From contig CAZJVO010000003.1 of the NCBI GenBank assembly GCA_964549815.1, positions 1 to 35,769 of the forward strand: 35,769 nucleotides of DNA. The letters run 5' to 3'. Position 1 is the stretch's first letter, and the number at the start of each line of letters is the position of its first letter. The position numbers and the translations under genes are program-made. The stretch comes from an uncultured Dehalococcoidales bacterium (GTDB lineage Bacteria; Chloroflexota; Dehalococcoidia; Dehalococcoidales; UBA5627). The notes under the pieces were generated by a model. It was not told the origin of the DNA, ran no database searches, and saw nothing but the letters and a program-made list of their open reading frames with translations. Shown piece by piece: positions 10,665 to 19,452 of this stretch.

Positions 10665-12476
10665 TTATATTGATGACGTTGAAATAGCGTCATAATACAT
10701 TGCATCACGCTTATCTTTAATTGTTCTCATTTCATCAGCATCTAATTGCCCCTCGTTATATTTAAATGCAAGTAATTGCTCTATGGCTTCATCTATTCCA
10801 CATTTAATCATATATAGAAGTATTTCGTATGACTGTGTTTTTTTACTTGTGCCTGCTAACTCCCTCACATGCACAAAGTCAGGGTGATCAAAAATGATTC
10901 GGAGGCGTCCTTCTTCTGTTACTGGCAAGTGCTTCTTTTTTTCTATGGGCGTTCCTTTACCATAACTAAATACCATTGTGCTTAAGAATACTTTACCTCT
11001 TACAGCGGGAGGCTCTTCATGTAGATAAAAGGTAAATGATCGCCTATTGAGTTCTTCCCCCTCTTCATTTTCCAGTATAGCACTTGCCTTATATTCCCCA
11101 GGCTTATCAACATTTTCTTGGAAGTCAATGAGAGGAATGTCTATTTTTTCCCTCTTGTTTCCATCAAGAATGATTTTATAACTTGACTTGGCCTTCATAT
11201 CACCTTCTCTATGCTTAATTTCCATCTTCAGTTGTAATTTTGCTACACTTTCAGTATCATTAACGAGCTCACACTCTGTAATTAGAGATTCATCATATTC
11301 AAGTCTATTAGCATTGCCTCTAAAGGTATCGATTCTTATTGGGGGAGGCTCTTTTGGTGGTTTAGGGGGCGTTGGCTTAGGTCTCTTCCCTTTTGGTCCA
11401 GTTGCTTCTGTTGATAATTCTGGGGCATATTCTCTGACAAGATTATTTACAATAAGCACTGCTCTTTCTATTAAATCTGTTGGTAAAGGTACCTCTTTTC
11501 TCTTTAGCGGGATAATCTCTTGGGCAAACTCATCAGATTTCCTTCTTATATATTCTCGTACATGGTTCCAAGCCCTTTTATTATTAAATCCAAAATGATT
11601 GGGGAATTCCACTTTCTTTAGTTCTGTTTCTAAATCTTCGTCAAAAGTGCAATATCCATAAATTTTACCTTTAATTATTTCATCAGCAGATATGGGTAAC
11701 CTGACAATAGTCATTCCACCTCTTTGAATTGCAATACCTCTGAAAAGTTCAGGTAATTCACTTTCACAATATCGTAATGCTAAGCTCTTCACTAAACCTA
11801 AACCATTGATTTTCTCATTAGTAAAAACTTTTTCTTTCACGACAGTTGGCAGTTTAGGTAATTCCACCCTGCGATCAGTGCCATCAAAATTAACAATAAA
11901 AATTGCATTCCAGTTCCTAATTATTTCCCACCAAGTTGCTGCTATATAAGCCATGAACGCTTTATAATCGAGTAATTCATTCCTGAGTTCTGGTTTTAAA
12001 TCCATAATCCAGATTCGTGTTCCTTGGTGATCTAATGGGTTTGTATTAGGGATTATATCTTTTAACTTCTTGTTTTCGTCATCATACTCTTCAGTAGTAC
12101 CATATGAGAAATGGTAAATACCTTCTTCATCTATACTTTCAGTCAGAACAATTTTATTTTTAGCAAAGTAGTGAAACAAAAACTTACCTTGTCCACGAGC
12201 ACCCAATTTTGTTTCCTCTGTTTTGGCTGTGTCCCATAAGCTTTGGTATTCTTTCCACCTTTTAGAATTCATTCCAAAAGTCCCAAAATCTTCTATGGTC
12301 AATGTGTTTAGTTGGGGTATGTAGTTAAATACCAACTTCCAGTCTTTCCCCCTTTTTGTTGCCCTTGCATCCCATGAATTTTGCCCTGCGTCCTTTTGGA
12401 GTCCTTCACATAGGTTTGGATATTGATCGGCAATATTTTCATCAGTGCGTCCTAGATTCACTTCTCTACGCTTCAT
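10665..12476 (-). CDS. GHKL (HATPase_c / MORC-like) ATPase with uncharacterised C-terminal region
   Basis: Bergerat-fold motifs DAGQNSWDA, IEDFGTFGM, GARGQGK and GTRIWI, then an S5-like region, a Pro/Lys linker and a beta-rich domain. Confidence 0.8.
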   Translation of the reverse strand: MKRREVNLGRTDENIADQYPNLCEGLQKDAGQNSWDARATKRGKDWKLVFNYIPQLNTLTIEDFGTFGMNSKRWKEYQSLWDTAKTEETKLGARGQGKFLFHYFAKNKIVLTESIDEEGIYHFSYGTTEEYDDENKKLKDIIPNTNPLDHQGTRIWIMDLKPELRNELLDYKAFMAYIAATWWEIIRNWNAIFIVNFDGTDRRVELPKLPTVVKEKVFTNEKINGLGLVKSLALRYCESELPELFRGIAIQRGGMTIVRLPISADEIIKGKIYGYCTFDEDLETELKKVEFPNHFGFNNKRAWNHVREYIRRKSDEFAQEIIPLKRKEVPLPTDLIERAVLIVNNLVREYAPELSTEATGPKGKRPKPTPPKPPKEPPPIRIDTFRGNANRLEYDESLITECELVNDTESVAKLQLKMEIKHREGDMKAKSSYKIILDGNKREKIDIPLIDFQENVDKPGEYKASAILENEEGEELNRRSFTFYLHEEPPAVRGKVFLSTMVFSYGKGTPIEKKKHLPVTEEGRLRIIFDHPDFVHVRELAGTSKKTQSYEILLYMIKCGIDEAIEQLLAFKYNEGQLDADEMRTIKDKRDAMYYDAISTSSI

Positions 12477-12492
12477 GATTACCCCCTGGTTT

Positions 12493-12717
12493 TCATAATT
12501 TGAATTTATCTTTTTTCTTAGGGCTAAATTTTACTTTTACTTCTTTCAATTGATTATTTATAGCAGAAAAGATCTTATCTATATCTTCTTCAGTATAACC
12601 ATATACCTGTTTATTTGAGAGATTTCCTAATATTCTTATTTTCTCTAGGACTGCATTTGTTCTTATTTCAGCAATTCTCTTAAATCTTTGCTCTGGTGTT
12701 TCATTATCAGTTTTCAT
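12493..12717 (-). CDS. Small basic helical hypothetical protein
   Basis: 74 aa, AAGGAG RBS; pattern RFKRIAExRT...IRILGNLSN...YxYTEEDIDKIF. Confidence 0.85.
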   Translation of the reverse strand: MKTDNETPEQRFKRIAEIRTNAVLEKIRILGNLSNKQVYGYTEEDIDKIFSAINNQLKEVKVKFSPKKKDKFKL

Positions 12718-12748
12718 GCTAAAATATCTCCTTATTTATACCATTGTA

Positions 12749-12782
12749 TATAAAATATAGCAATATATTTTATAAAATTCAA
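12749..12782 (-). promoter_or_regulatory. Candidate promoter with overlapping palindrome
   Basis: TTGAAT-N17-TATATT on the minus strand, overlapped by TATAAAATATA-N4-TATATTTTATA (12749-12774). Confidence 0.45.
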
Positions 12783-12906
12783 GTAATATTATTAAAATAT
12801 TTATAAATAATAAAAAATAAAATGCAATATTTAGCAATAAATAGTTTGATAAAAGGGGTTTTTTAATGCGTGAATTTAAAATATAAGAAAAAAGAAATAG
12901 GTTTGC

Positions 12907-13473
12907 CTATAAAATATGGCTCAACAAAATCCTCAGTCCTATCAGTATCAGGATTACGCCTCCCAGAAGTTCTGCCCGCCTGCCGAGTACCTTGCCGGCT
13001 TTTCTGCCCAGTAAAAATCCGGTAACGGAAAGCAGGAAGGCGGTTATTCCAATAACTCCACTTGCCAGGGCAATATTTACTTCGAAGAAGGCAAAGGTTA
13101 ATCCCACTGCAAGGGCATCTATGCTGGTGGCCAGCGAAAGGGTCAGAAGGGTACTCCATCTGGTGATATCGGGTTGAGCCTCTTTTTCTTCTTTGCGGAA
13201 GGATTCCCATATCATTTTGCCGCCGATCAAAGCCAGCAGCCCGAAAGCCAGCCAGTGGTCGTAATCGGCAATCAGGTCGACGATGGTCTGCCCCGCCATC
13301 CATCCGATAACCGGCATCAAGGCTTGAAAGATGCCGAATGACAACGAGGCGGTGATAATCTGTTTCCGTGAAACGGATTTCATGGCGATAGATCCGCTGA
13401 AGGCAACAGCGAAACAATCAGCCGATAAACCGATGGCGATAACCAGTATCGAAATTAAATCAAGACTTTCCAT
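12907..13473 (-). CDS. mntP: Manganese efflux pump MntP family
   Basis: LSADCFAVA, FGIFQALMP, ATSIDALAVG and AELLGGVILI motifs; about six TM helices. Confidence 0.92.
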   Translation of the reverse strand: MESLDLISILVIAIGLSADCFAVAFSGSIAMKSVSRKQIITASLSFGIFQALMPVIGWMAGQTIVDLIADYDHWLAFGLLALIGGKMIWESFRKEEKEAQPDITRWSTLLTLSLATSIDALAVGLTFAFFEVNIALASGVIGITAFLLSVTGFLLGRKAGKVLGRRAELLGGVILILIGLRILLSHIL

Positions 13474-13651
13474 TTAATTTGCAAAAGGCAGACTGATTAA
13501 AGCATAATATCTAAAATTTTTCAAAAATACCTGTGGTTTCTTTATTAACAGGATTATTTTTGTTAAACTTCGATTTGTGATACTTGACAAGCTAATGTAA
13601 AATAGGTTTTCATTAAAAGTTAATATGTCTATGATAGGATGATAAGTTCAT

Positions 13652-14485
13652 ATGTCGTATGGAAAAGAAGAACAAGCTAGATTAATGAGGCAACAGAGCA
13701 AGCAGGCCATAGCCCTGGCTATGGAAGGCCGCTGGCGGGAAGCTGTGGAAGCGAATAAAGCTATCATTGAGAACTTTCCTGATGATGTGGATTCCTACAA
13801 TCGTTTGGGCAGGGCTTATATGGAGCTGGGAGAGTATGCGCTGGCTAAAGATGCTTATACCCGTGCGAAACAACTGGACCCGCACAACAACATTGCCGAA
13901 AAAAATATACGCCGTATCAACCACTTGATTGAAACAGGGGTCGGGCCAGAGGGAACGCCTTCACGGGTGGAGCCGAATGTGTTTATCGAGGAAACGGGCA
14001 AGGCGGGGGTCGTAAAGCTGTATCATCTCGCCCCCCGGGAGAAGCTGGCCAGAGTGGATCCCGGAGATAGAGTGAACCTGAGAATATCGGATTCCAATCT
14101 CATAGTAGAAGACATCCACAATGAGTACCTTGGGATGGTTGAACCCAGGCACAGCCAGCGCCTGATAAAGCTAATGAGTGGAGGCAATCGGTATTCGGCT
14201 ACGGTAACCAGCGTTTCTGATGATAACCTGGCGGTAATCATAAGGGAAACATATCAGCATCCGTCGCAGTTTGGACAATTATCATTTCCTTCCAAAGGTG
14301 TCAGTGGCATCAGGTCTTACGTCAGTGATAAACTGTTGAGGCGCAGATTGGAATATGATGACTCGCTATCCGACCTGGAGTATCCGATCGATGGCGGCGA
14401 TGAAATAGATCTGCTTCCTGAAGATGTGGTGGACGATAGTGGCGATACCGATGAACTTAATGAAGAAGATGAGCAGGAGGTCTAA
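13652..14485 (+). CDS. TPR-repeat protein with acidic C-terminal tail
   Basis: TPR patterns (YNRLGRAYMELGEY, AKQLDPHN), a central beta domain and a D/E-rich tail; ends 6 nt before gyrA. Confidence 0.85.
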   Translation: MSYGKEEQARLMRQQSKQAIALAMEGRWREAVEANKAIIENFPDDVDSYNRLGRAYMELGEYALAKDAYTRAKQLDPHNNIAEKNIRRINHLIETGVGPEGTPSRVEPNVFIEETGKAGVVKLYHLAPREKLARVDPGDRVNLRISDSNLIVEDIHNEYLGMVEPRHSQRLIKLMSGGNRYSATVTSVSDDNLAVIIRETYQHPSQFGQLSFPSKGVSGIRSYVSDKLLRRRLEYDDSLSDLEYPIDGGDEIDLLPEDVVDDSGDTDELNEEDEQEV

Positions 14486-14491
14486 ACTGAT

Positions 14492-16942
14492 ATGGGTGTA
14501 GGAAACATCAAAGATATAAAAATCGATGAAGAGGTCAAAAGCTCTTATCTCGATTATGCTATGAGCGTAATAGTATCCAGGGCTTTGCCCGATGTGCGTG
14601 ACGGCCTTAAACCGGTGCATCGCCGCATTCTTTATGCCATGCAGGAACTGGGACTTACTCATTCCAGTCCTCATAAGAAAAGCGCCCGTGTTGTCGGTGA
14701 AGTTTTAGGCAAATATCATCCACATGGCGATGCTTCTGTTTATGATGCCATGGTACGTATGGCACAGCCCTTTTCTATGCGCTACCCCCTTATTGATGGG
14801 CAGGGTAACTTTGGAAGTGTAGATAACGACCCGCCGGCGGCAATGCGTTATACGGAAGTGCGCCTTGAGGCAATCGCAGAGCAGATGCTGGCGGATATAG
14901 ATAAAGACACCGTAGATTTTATGCCCAACTTCGATGACAGCCTCAAGGAGCCGGTAGTTCTGCCCAGCCGGCTTCCGAATCTGCTGGTCAACGGGAGTTC
15001 TGGCATTGCTGTAGGGATGGCAACCAATATTCCCCCCCATAATCTGAATGAGGTTTGCGATGCTCTGAGCTATCTTATAGACCATCCTGATGCCACTGTC
15101 GATGACCTGATGAAGTATATTAAAGGGCCTGATTTCCCAACTGGCGGCATCATTCTGGGCAGGGATGGCATTGTTAGCGCCTACGCCACTGGCCATGGCA
15201 AGATAATGGTAAGGGCAAAGGCGTATTATGAGGAAGCCTCATCGGGGAAGCAGCAGATAATAGTAACTGAGTTGCCTTATCAAACCAATAAAGCTGCCCT
15301 GGTGGAAAAAATTGCCGAACTGGTCAAAGATAAGAAGATTGCCGGCATCAGTGACCTGCGTGATGAATCCGATAGGGAAGGATTACGCATAGTTATCGAA
15401 CTCAAGAAGGAAGCGCAATCTCGCCAGGTGCTTAACAGCCTTTACAAATACACTGCTATGCAGTCCTCCTTCTTTGTGAATATGCTGGCGCTTGTGGATG
15501 GGCAACCGCGCGTAATCAGCCTTAAAGAGGCGTTGCAGCACTTTATCGACTTCCGCCAGGAAGTGCTTACCCGGCGTACTCGCTTTGAACTGAAAGGGGC
15601 TAAGGAGAGAGCGCATATACTCGAAGGCTTGAAAATTGCACTGGATTTCCTCGATGAGGTCATCAGAATCATCCGCCACGCTAAATCGGCTGAGGATGCA
15701 CGCAGTGAGTTGATGTCTAGGTTCGGGCTTTCTCAAATTCAGGCACAGGCTATCCTCGACCTCCAGCTGCGCAGGTTAGCCAGCCTCGAGAGGCAGAAGA
15801 TACTCGAAGAATATGCAGCTATTTTGAAGACTATTGCCTATCTTGAAGATTTACTGGCGAATCCCCGTAAAATCATGGTTCTGGTGAAGGATGAGCTGGG
15901 AGAGCTAAAGAGCAAGTCCGGCAACGCCCGCCAGACGGAGATAAGCGTACAGGAAGCCCTCGATTTCAGCGAGGAAGATCTGATTCCCCATCAGAGAATG
16001 GTGGTTACTTTAAGCGAGCGTGGTTTCGTAAAGAGAGTGCCTGCCAAAGCCTTTACTTCGCAGCACCGGGGCGGCAAGGGCATCATTGGAATGGTGACCC
16101 GTGAGCTGGATGCCGTCAGGTTCCTGGTAGTCGGCGACACGCACGATACGCTGTTATTCTTTACCGACAAGGGCAAGGTATTCAGTATCAAATGCCATGA
16201 GGTGCCGCTTGACCTATCGCGTATATCCAAGGGTATGGCGGCTGTAAATCTCTTCCCCATCGCAGGGGGAGAAAAGGTCACTGCTGTCGTAGCGGTAAAC
16301 AAGTTTAAAGAAGATAACTTCCTGCTGATGGCTACAGCTAACGGCGAAGTTAAAAAGACATCGGCTGACAGCTTCAGCGCAGTGCGCAGCAGTGGTCTTA
16401 TTGCCATGGATTTAAGCAAGGGAGATAGCCTGGTTGCCGTATGTCAGGGTAAAGAAACGGATGATGTCCTGCTGATAACGCAGAAGGGTCAATCTATCAG
16501 ATTCCCCATCTCCGAATTGCGAACCAGTTTAAGGGCCAGTGGCGGTGTCTGCGGTATCAAGCTGGAGGAAGGCGATAAAGTGGTCAGTATGGATGTGGCT
16601 CAACCCAACTCATACGTCCTCACGGTTACTTCGGGCGGGCACGGCAAACTGACGCCCATCGAGGATTACCCTCTGCAGCATCGCGCCGGCAGCGGTGTCA
16701 TTACGTTCAAGATTGTGGAAAAGACCGGCGACGTGGCGGCAGCCAGGGCGGTAACCCCCGACCAGCAGGTGATGATTATCTCCGCCAACGGCATCATCAC
16801 GCTTACCCCCGTCAAGGAACAAGACCCGCGGCTGGGAATCACCATACAGGGGAGGAGCACGCAGGGTGTGCGCCTGATGAAGCTGGAAGAAAATGACAGT
16901 GTGGTTGCCATAACCGCCTTCGACGGCGAGGATAAAGAATAG
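14492..16942 (+). CDS. gyrA: DNA gyrase subunit A
   Basis: [28 protein letters not shown] catalytic Tyr and GyrA-box QHRGGKG. Confidence 0.98.
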   Translation: MGVGNIKDIKIDEEVKSSYLDYAMSVIVSRALPDVRDGLKPVHRRILYAMQELGLTHSSPHKKSARVVGEVLGKYHPHGDASVYDAMVRMAQPFSMRYPLIDGQGNFGSVDNDPPAAMRYTEVRLEAIAEQMLADIDKDTVDFMPNFDDSLKEPVVLPSRLPNLLVNGSSGIAVGMATNIPPHNLNEVCDALSYLIDHPDATVDDLMKYIKGPDFPTGGIILGRDGIVSAYATGHGKIMVRAKAYYEEASSGKQQIIVTELPYQTNKAALVEKIAELVKDKKIAGISDLRDESDREGLRIVIELKKEAQSRQVLNSLYKYTAMQSSFFVNMLALVDGQPRVISLKEALQHFIDFRQEVLTRRTRFELKGAKERAHILEGLKIALDFLDEVIRIIRHAKSAEDARSELMSRFGLSQIQAQAILDLQLRRLASLERQKILEEYAAILKTIAYLEDLLANPRKIMVLVKDELGELKSKSGNARQTEISVQEALDFSEEDLIPHQRMVVTLSERGFVKRVPAKAFTSQHRGGKGIIGMVTRELDAVRFLVVGDTHDTLLFFTDKGKVFSIKCHEVPLDLSRISKGMAAVNLFPIAGGEKVTAVVAVNKFKEDNFLLMATANGEVKKTSADSFSAVRSSGLIAMDLSKGDSLVAVCQGKETDDVLLITQKGQSIRFPISELRTSLRASGGVCGIKLEEGDKVVSMDVAQPNSYVLTVTSGGHGKLTPIEDYPLQHRAGSGVITFKIVEKTGDVAAARAVTPDQQVMIISANGIITLTPVKEQDPRLGITIQGRSTQGVRLMKLEENDSVVAITAFDGEDKE

Positions 16943-16970
16943 TCCACTCCGGTATAAATCGATGATATGA

Positions 16971-17004
16971 AAAGGGGCGGTCCCGATTTCGGGACTGCCC
17001 CTTT
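16971..17004. terminator. Bidirectional terminator between convergent genes
   Basis: AAAGGGGCGGTCCCGA-TT-TCGGGACTGCCCCTTT hairpin. Confidence 0.85.
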
Positions 17005-17028
17005 GTGATTGCTTGGAGAATATTCTTT

Positions 17029-18495
17029 CTATTTAACGGTGGTGCTGGTGGTAGTAGAGGCGGTTGTAGTCATGGACATCATAGAGTGATACAGCGACGC
17101 CGGGACGCTGTCAGTCCAGTCTATTGTCTTATTAAGCATATCGAGCTGGAAGAAATATATGGTTTCATCGAACTCGATCCAACAACGTATCGTCCATTCG
17201 GCTAATTCATTGCAAACAATCTGGTGGTTTTCTATGCTAATGGGGCTTAAACCTCCGATATCGTCTCTTATACCCGAGCCGTCGTCATTGAGCCATCCGC
17301 TGGGTATATAGTCGAAGTAGTATTCGAAAACGGAGGCCCCCTCATCGAAAATATTCTTGAGTTCGGGGTCGGTGCCGGCAATATCTATTATTTCCTGTTT
17401 CTTGGCATCGGTTACCGGAACGACCTCGTTTTCGACTATCTCCACCTCTTTGTTTCCATCGCTTCCATTGATTACATTGGCTATTATAATTCTGTCATCG
17501 TTGACCTTTATAACGACGGTGGCATAAATATCAGCAACGACACCGTCCTTCACACTGATAGCATCTATTTCCGCATTGCCGAGCAGAGCCTGGACCTGCG
17601 GGTCGTTGAGAACCAGTTCCTTTGCGATGGCTGTTTTATCTTCTTTTTCTATTTTTTCTATCGGCCAGCTGCTGGTCGAAAAAACAGTTTTGGATAACAT
17701 ATCGACCTGGACGAAATATCTGGTCCCTTCATGTTCCATCCAGAAGCGTACTTGATACTCGACAAATCCTTCGCATGCTGCCTCCTGGTCCTGAATGGCC
17801 AGCGGTTGTAAGGCTTTAACATCTCCCGTAAAATCAAAATGCCCGTCTCCGGCGATGTAGGCAGGTATATAATCGAAGTAATACATATAAATATTCACAC
17901 CCTGGTCTAAAAGAGCCTTTATTTCAGGGTCGGTTCGGGCGATTTCAAGCACTTCTTGCTTCTTGGTATTAGATATAGGCATCGTCTCTATTTTTATTAA
18001 ATCAACTATTTTAGTTGTAAAAACACCTGTCGATAGCCTGACTACAACTATATCGTTATCACTAACCCTTATATAATATTCAATATAGTCCGGGGTCTGT
18101 ACCAGGGCAGCTATTTTAATGTTATCTGTGTCTATTGCTTCATCTTCGATTATCTCCTGAACTTCGGAGTCGTTCAGGGCAACCTCCATCGCCATCGCTT
18201 CATAGTCTCTTACCAGCGGGGACATGGTAACCGCCATAGCGGCTATCACCAGAACAAAAACTGCTGAAGTGCTTACCAGCGCTTTTTGCCAGACCGGTCG
18301 GTTGGACCCGAAAAATCCTGTTATCTTACTCATAATAGGAATCTTTCTCCTTTTTACGGCTGCTGCCGTTTTATTCGAGGAGGATTCGAATTTTTCTAAT
18401 AAAGCCGTTTTCAAGAGCCTTCGATGGGTATGCAGTTCGGCCTCCGGAAGCCGGGCGCTCTCCAACTTTTTTATTAAATCCTCATTTTTCATCAT
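17029..18495 (-). CDS. Putative membrane-anchored anti-sigma factor with duplicated extracytoplasmic domain
   Basis: Immediately downstream of the ECF sigma. Short cytoplasmic N-terminus (HRRLLKTALL), one TM helix, two roughly 180-aa repeats. Confidence 0.7.
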   Translation of the reverse strand: MMKNEDLIKKLESARLPEAELHTHRRLLKTALLEKFESSSNKTAAAVKRRKIPIMSKITGFFGSNRPVWQKALVSTSAVFVLVIAAMAVTMSPLVRDYEAMAMEVALNDSEVQEIIEDEAIDTDNIKIAALVQTPDYIEYYIRVSDNDIVVVRLSTGVFTTKIVDLIKIETMPISNTKKQEVLEIARTDPEIKALLDQGVNIYMYYFDYIPAYIAGDGHFDFTGDVKALQPLAIQDQEAACEGFVEYQVRFWMEHEGTRYFVQVDMLSKTVFSTSSWPIEKIEKEDKTAIAKELVLNDPQVQALLGNAEIDAISVKDGVVADIYATVVIKVNDDRIIIANVINGSDGNKEVEIVENEVVPVTDAKKQEIIDIAGTDPELKNIFDEGASVFEYYFDYIPSGWLNDDGSGIRDDIGGLSPISIENHQIVCNELAEWTIRCWIEFDETIYFFQLDMLNKTIDWTDSVPASLYHSMMSMTTTASTTTSTTVK

Positions 18496-18507
18496 CCACC
18501 TCTATAA

Positions 18508-18538
18508 AGGATAACCGCCGAATTCCTAAAAAGTTGCA
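18508..18538 (-). promoter_or_regulatory. ECF-type promoter upstream of the anti-sigma gene
   Basis: TGCAAC-N17-GTTATCCT, same boxes and spacing as 19120-19150. Confidence 0.7.
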
Positions 18539-19098
18539 TCGTCCTCCATCATTTTTTTAAGTTTTTTCAGTCCCCGGTGCAACAGGGATTTTATAGTTCC
18601 CTCGCGTTTTCCCAGTATCAGGCAAATTTCAGCGGAAGATTTTTTCTCGAAATATTTAAGAACGATTACCTGCTGGTAAATATCGGGTAGTTTAACGATG
18701 CATTTATGCAATAAAAGAAAGTCCTCGTTTTTTTGTATATCGGCTTCGGTGCGCGCTATTTCATCGTTAATGGTAACATCGGTAATAATCTCTGAAATTT
18801 TTATGTCCTGCTTAATCAGATTAAGCTTCTTGCTGCGTCTGTATCCGTTGCTGATTTCGTGTTCTGCGATGCGGTACAGGTAGGCCGAGAAGGGGATATT
18901 GCGCCACTGGAATCGTTTAATAGTTTGAAGGGCCTTGAGGAATACTTCGGAGGTTATATCCTTTGCCGTCTCTACGCTGGCTGTTCTTTTGAGAACATAA
19001 CCGAATATTTTTGGGTAATATTCGTCATAAAGCTGTGCGAAAGCATCAGCATCGGTCTGGGCTCTGTTGACCAGCTCTTTTTCGTGCTCTAAATCCAT
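18526..19098 (-). CDS. ECF RNA polymerase sigma-70 factor
   Basis: Region 2 (AFAQLYDEY, AKDITSEVF, FSAYLYRIA) and region 4 (SAEICLILG...GTIKSLLHRG). Confidence 0.93.
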   Translation of the reverse strand: MDLEHEKELVNRAQTDADAFAQLYDEYYPKIFGYVLKRTASVETAKDITSEVFLKALQTIKRFQWRNIPFSAYLYRIAEHEISNGYRRSKKLNLIKQDIKISEIITDVTINDEIARTEADIQKNEDFLLLHKCIVKLPDIYQQVIVLKYFEKKSSAEICLILGKREGTIKSLLHRGLKKLKKMMEDDATF

Positions 19099-19119
19099 TA
19101 TATCTTAATATGTCTCAAT

Positions 19120-19150
19120 AGGATAACCCATTTTAAGACAAAAGGTTGCA
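19120..19150 (-). promoter_or_regulatory. ECF-type autoregulatory promoter
   Basis: TGCAAC-N17-GTTATCCT about 20 nt upstream of the sigma ATG; AAC in the -35 box is typical of ECF promoters. Confidence 0.7.
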
Positions 19151-19185
19151 CTAATCTATTAAGAATTTAAAAAATATTTTGAAAA

Positions 19186-19220
19186 GGGGGAAGTCCGCGT
19201 TGCAAGTCCCGACTTCCCCC
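19186..19220 (-). terminator. Intrinsic terminator after ferredoxin
   Basis: GGGGGAAGTC...GACTTCCCCC stem followed by TTTT on the minus strand. Confidence 0.7.
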
Positions 19221-19247
19221 CCAATTTAATTATATGTTATTTATATT

Positions 19248-19421
19248 CTACGATACTTCGATAGCGTCCATCGGGCAGACATCGCGGCACGCCCGGTCTG
19301 CCTTGCACCTGCTGGCATCTTTTACCTTGCAGACGCCGCCGTCTACGTAGAGGATTTTCTGTGGACAGACATCCGTACAAGCTCCACAACCGATGCATGA
19401 TTGTTCGTCGATTTTTACCAT
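19248..19421 (-). CDS. Dicluster ferredoxin, 57 aa (absent from the ORF track)
   Basis: Manual translation: MVKIDEQSCIGCGACTDVCPQKILYVDGGVCKVKDASRCKADRACRDVCPMDAIEVS. Confidence 0.92.
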   Translation of the reverse strand: MVKIDEQSCIGCGACTDVCPQKILYVDGGVCKVKDASRCKADRACRDVCPMDAIEVS

Positions 19422-19452
19422 TTTGTTACCTGTTTCCCCCTCTTTTTTAGAT

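Noticed and set aside
10055-12906. Transposon or integrative-element ends around the GHKL cassette
   Set aside because: No integrase, transposase, terminal inverted repeats or target duplication found by eye, so it is not called a mobile element.
13474-13651. yybP-ykoY manganese riboswitch upstream of mntP
   Set aside because: Short AT-rich divergent promoter region with no recognisable conserved core or stems.
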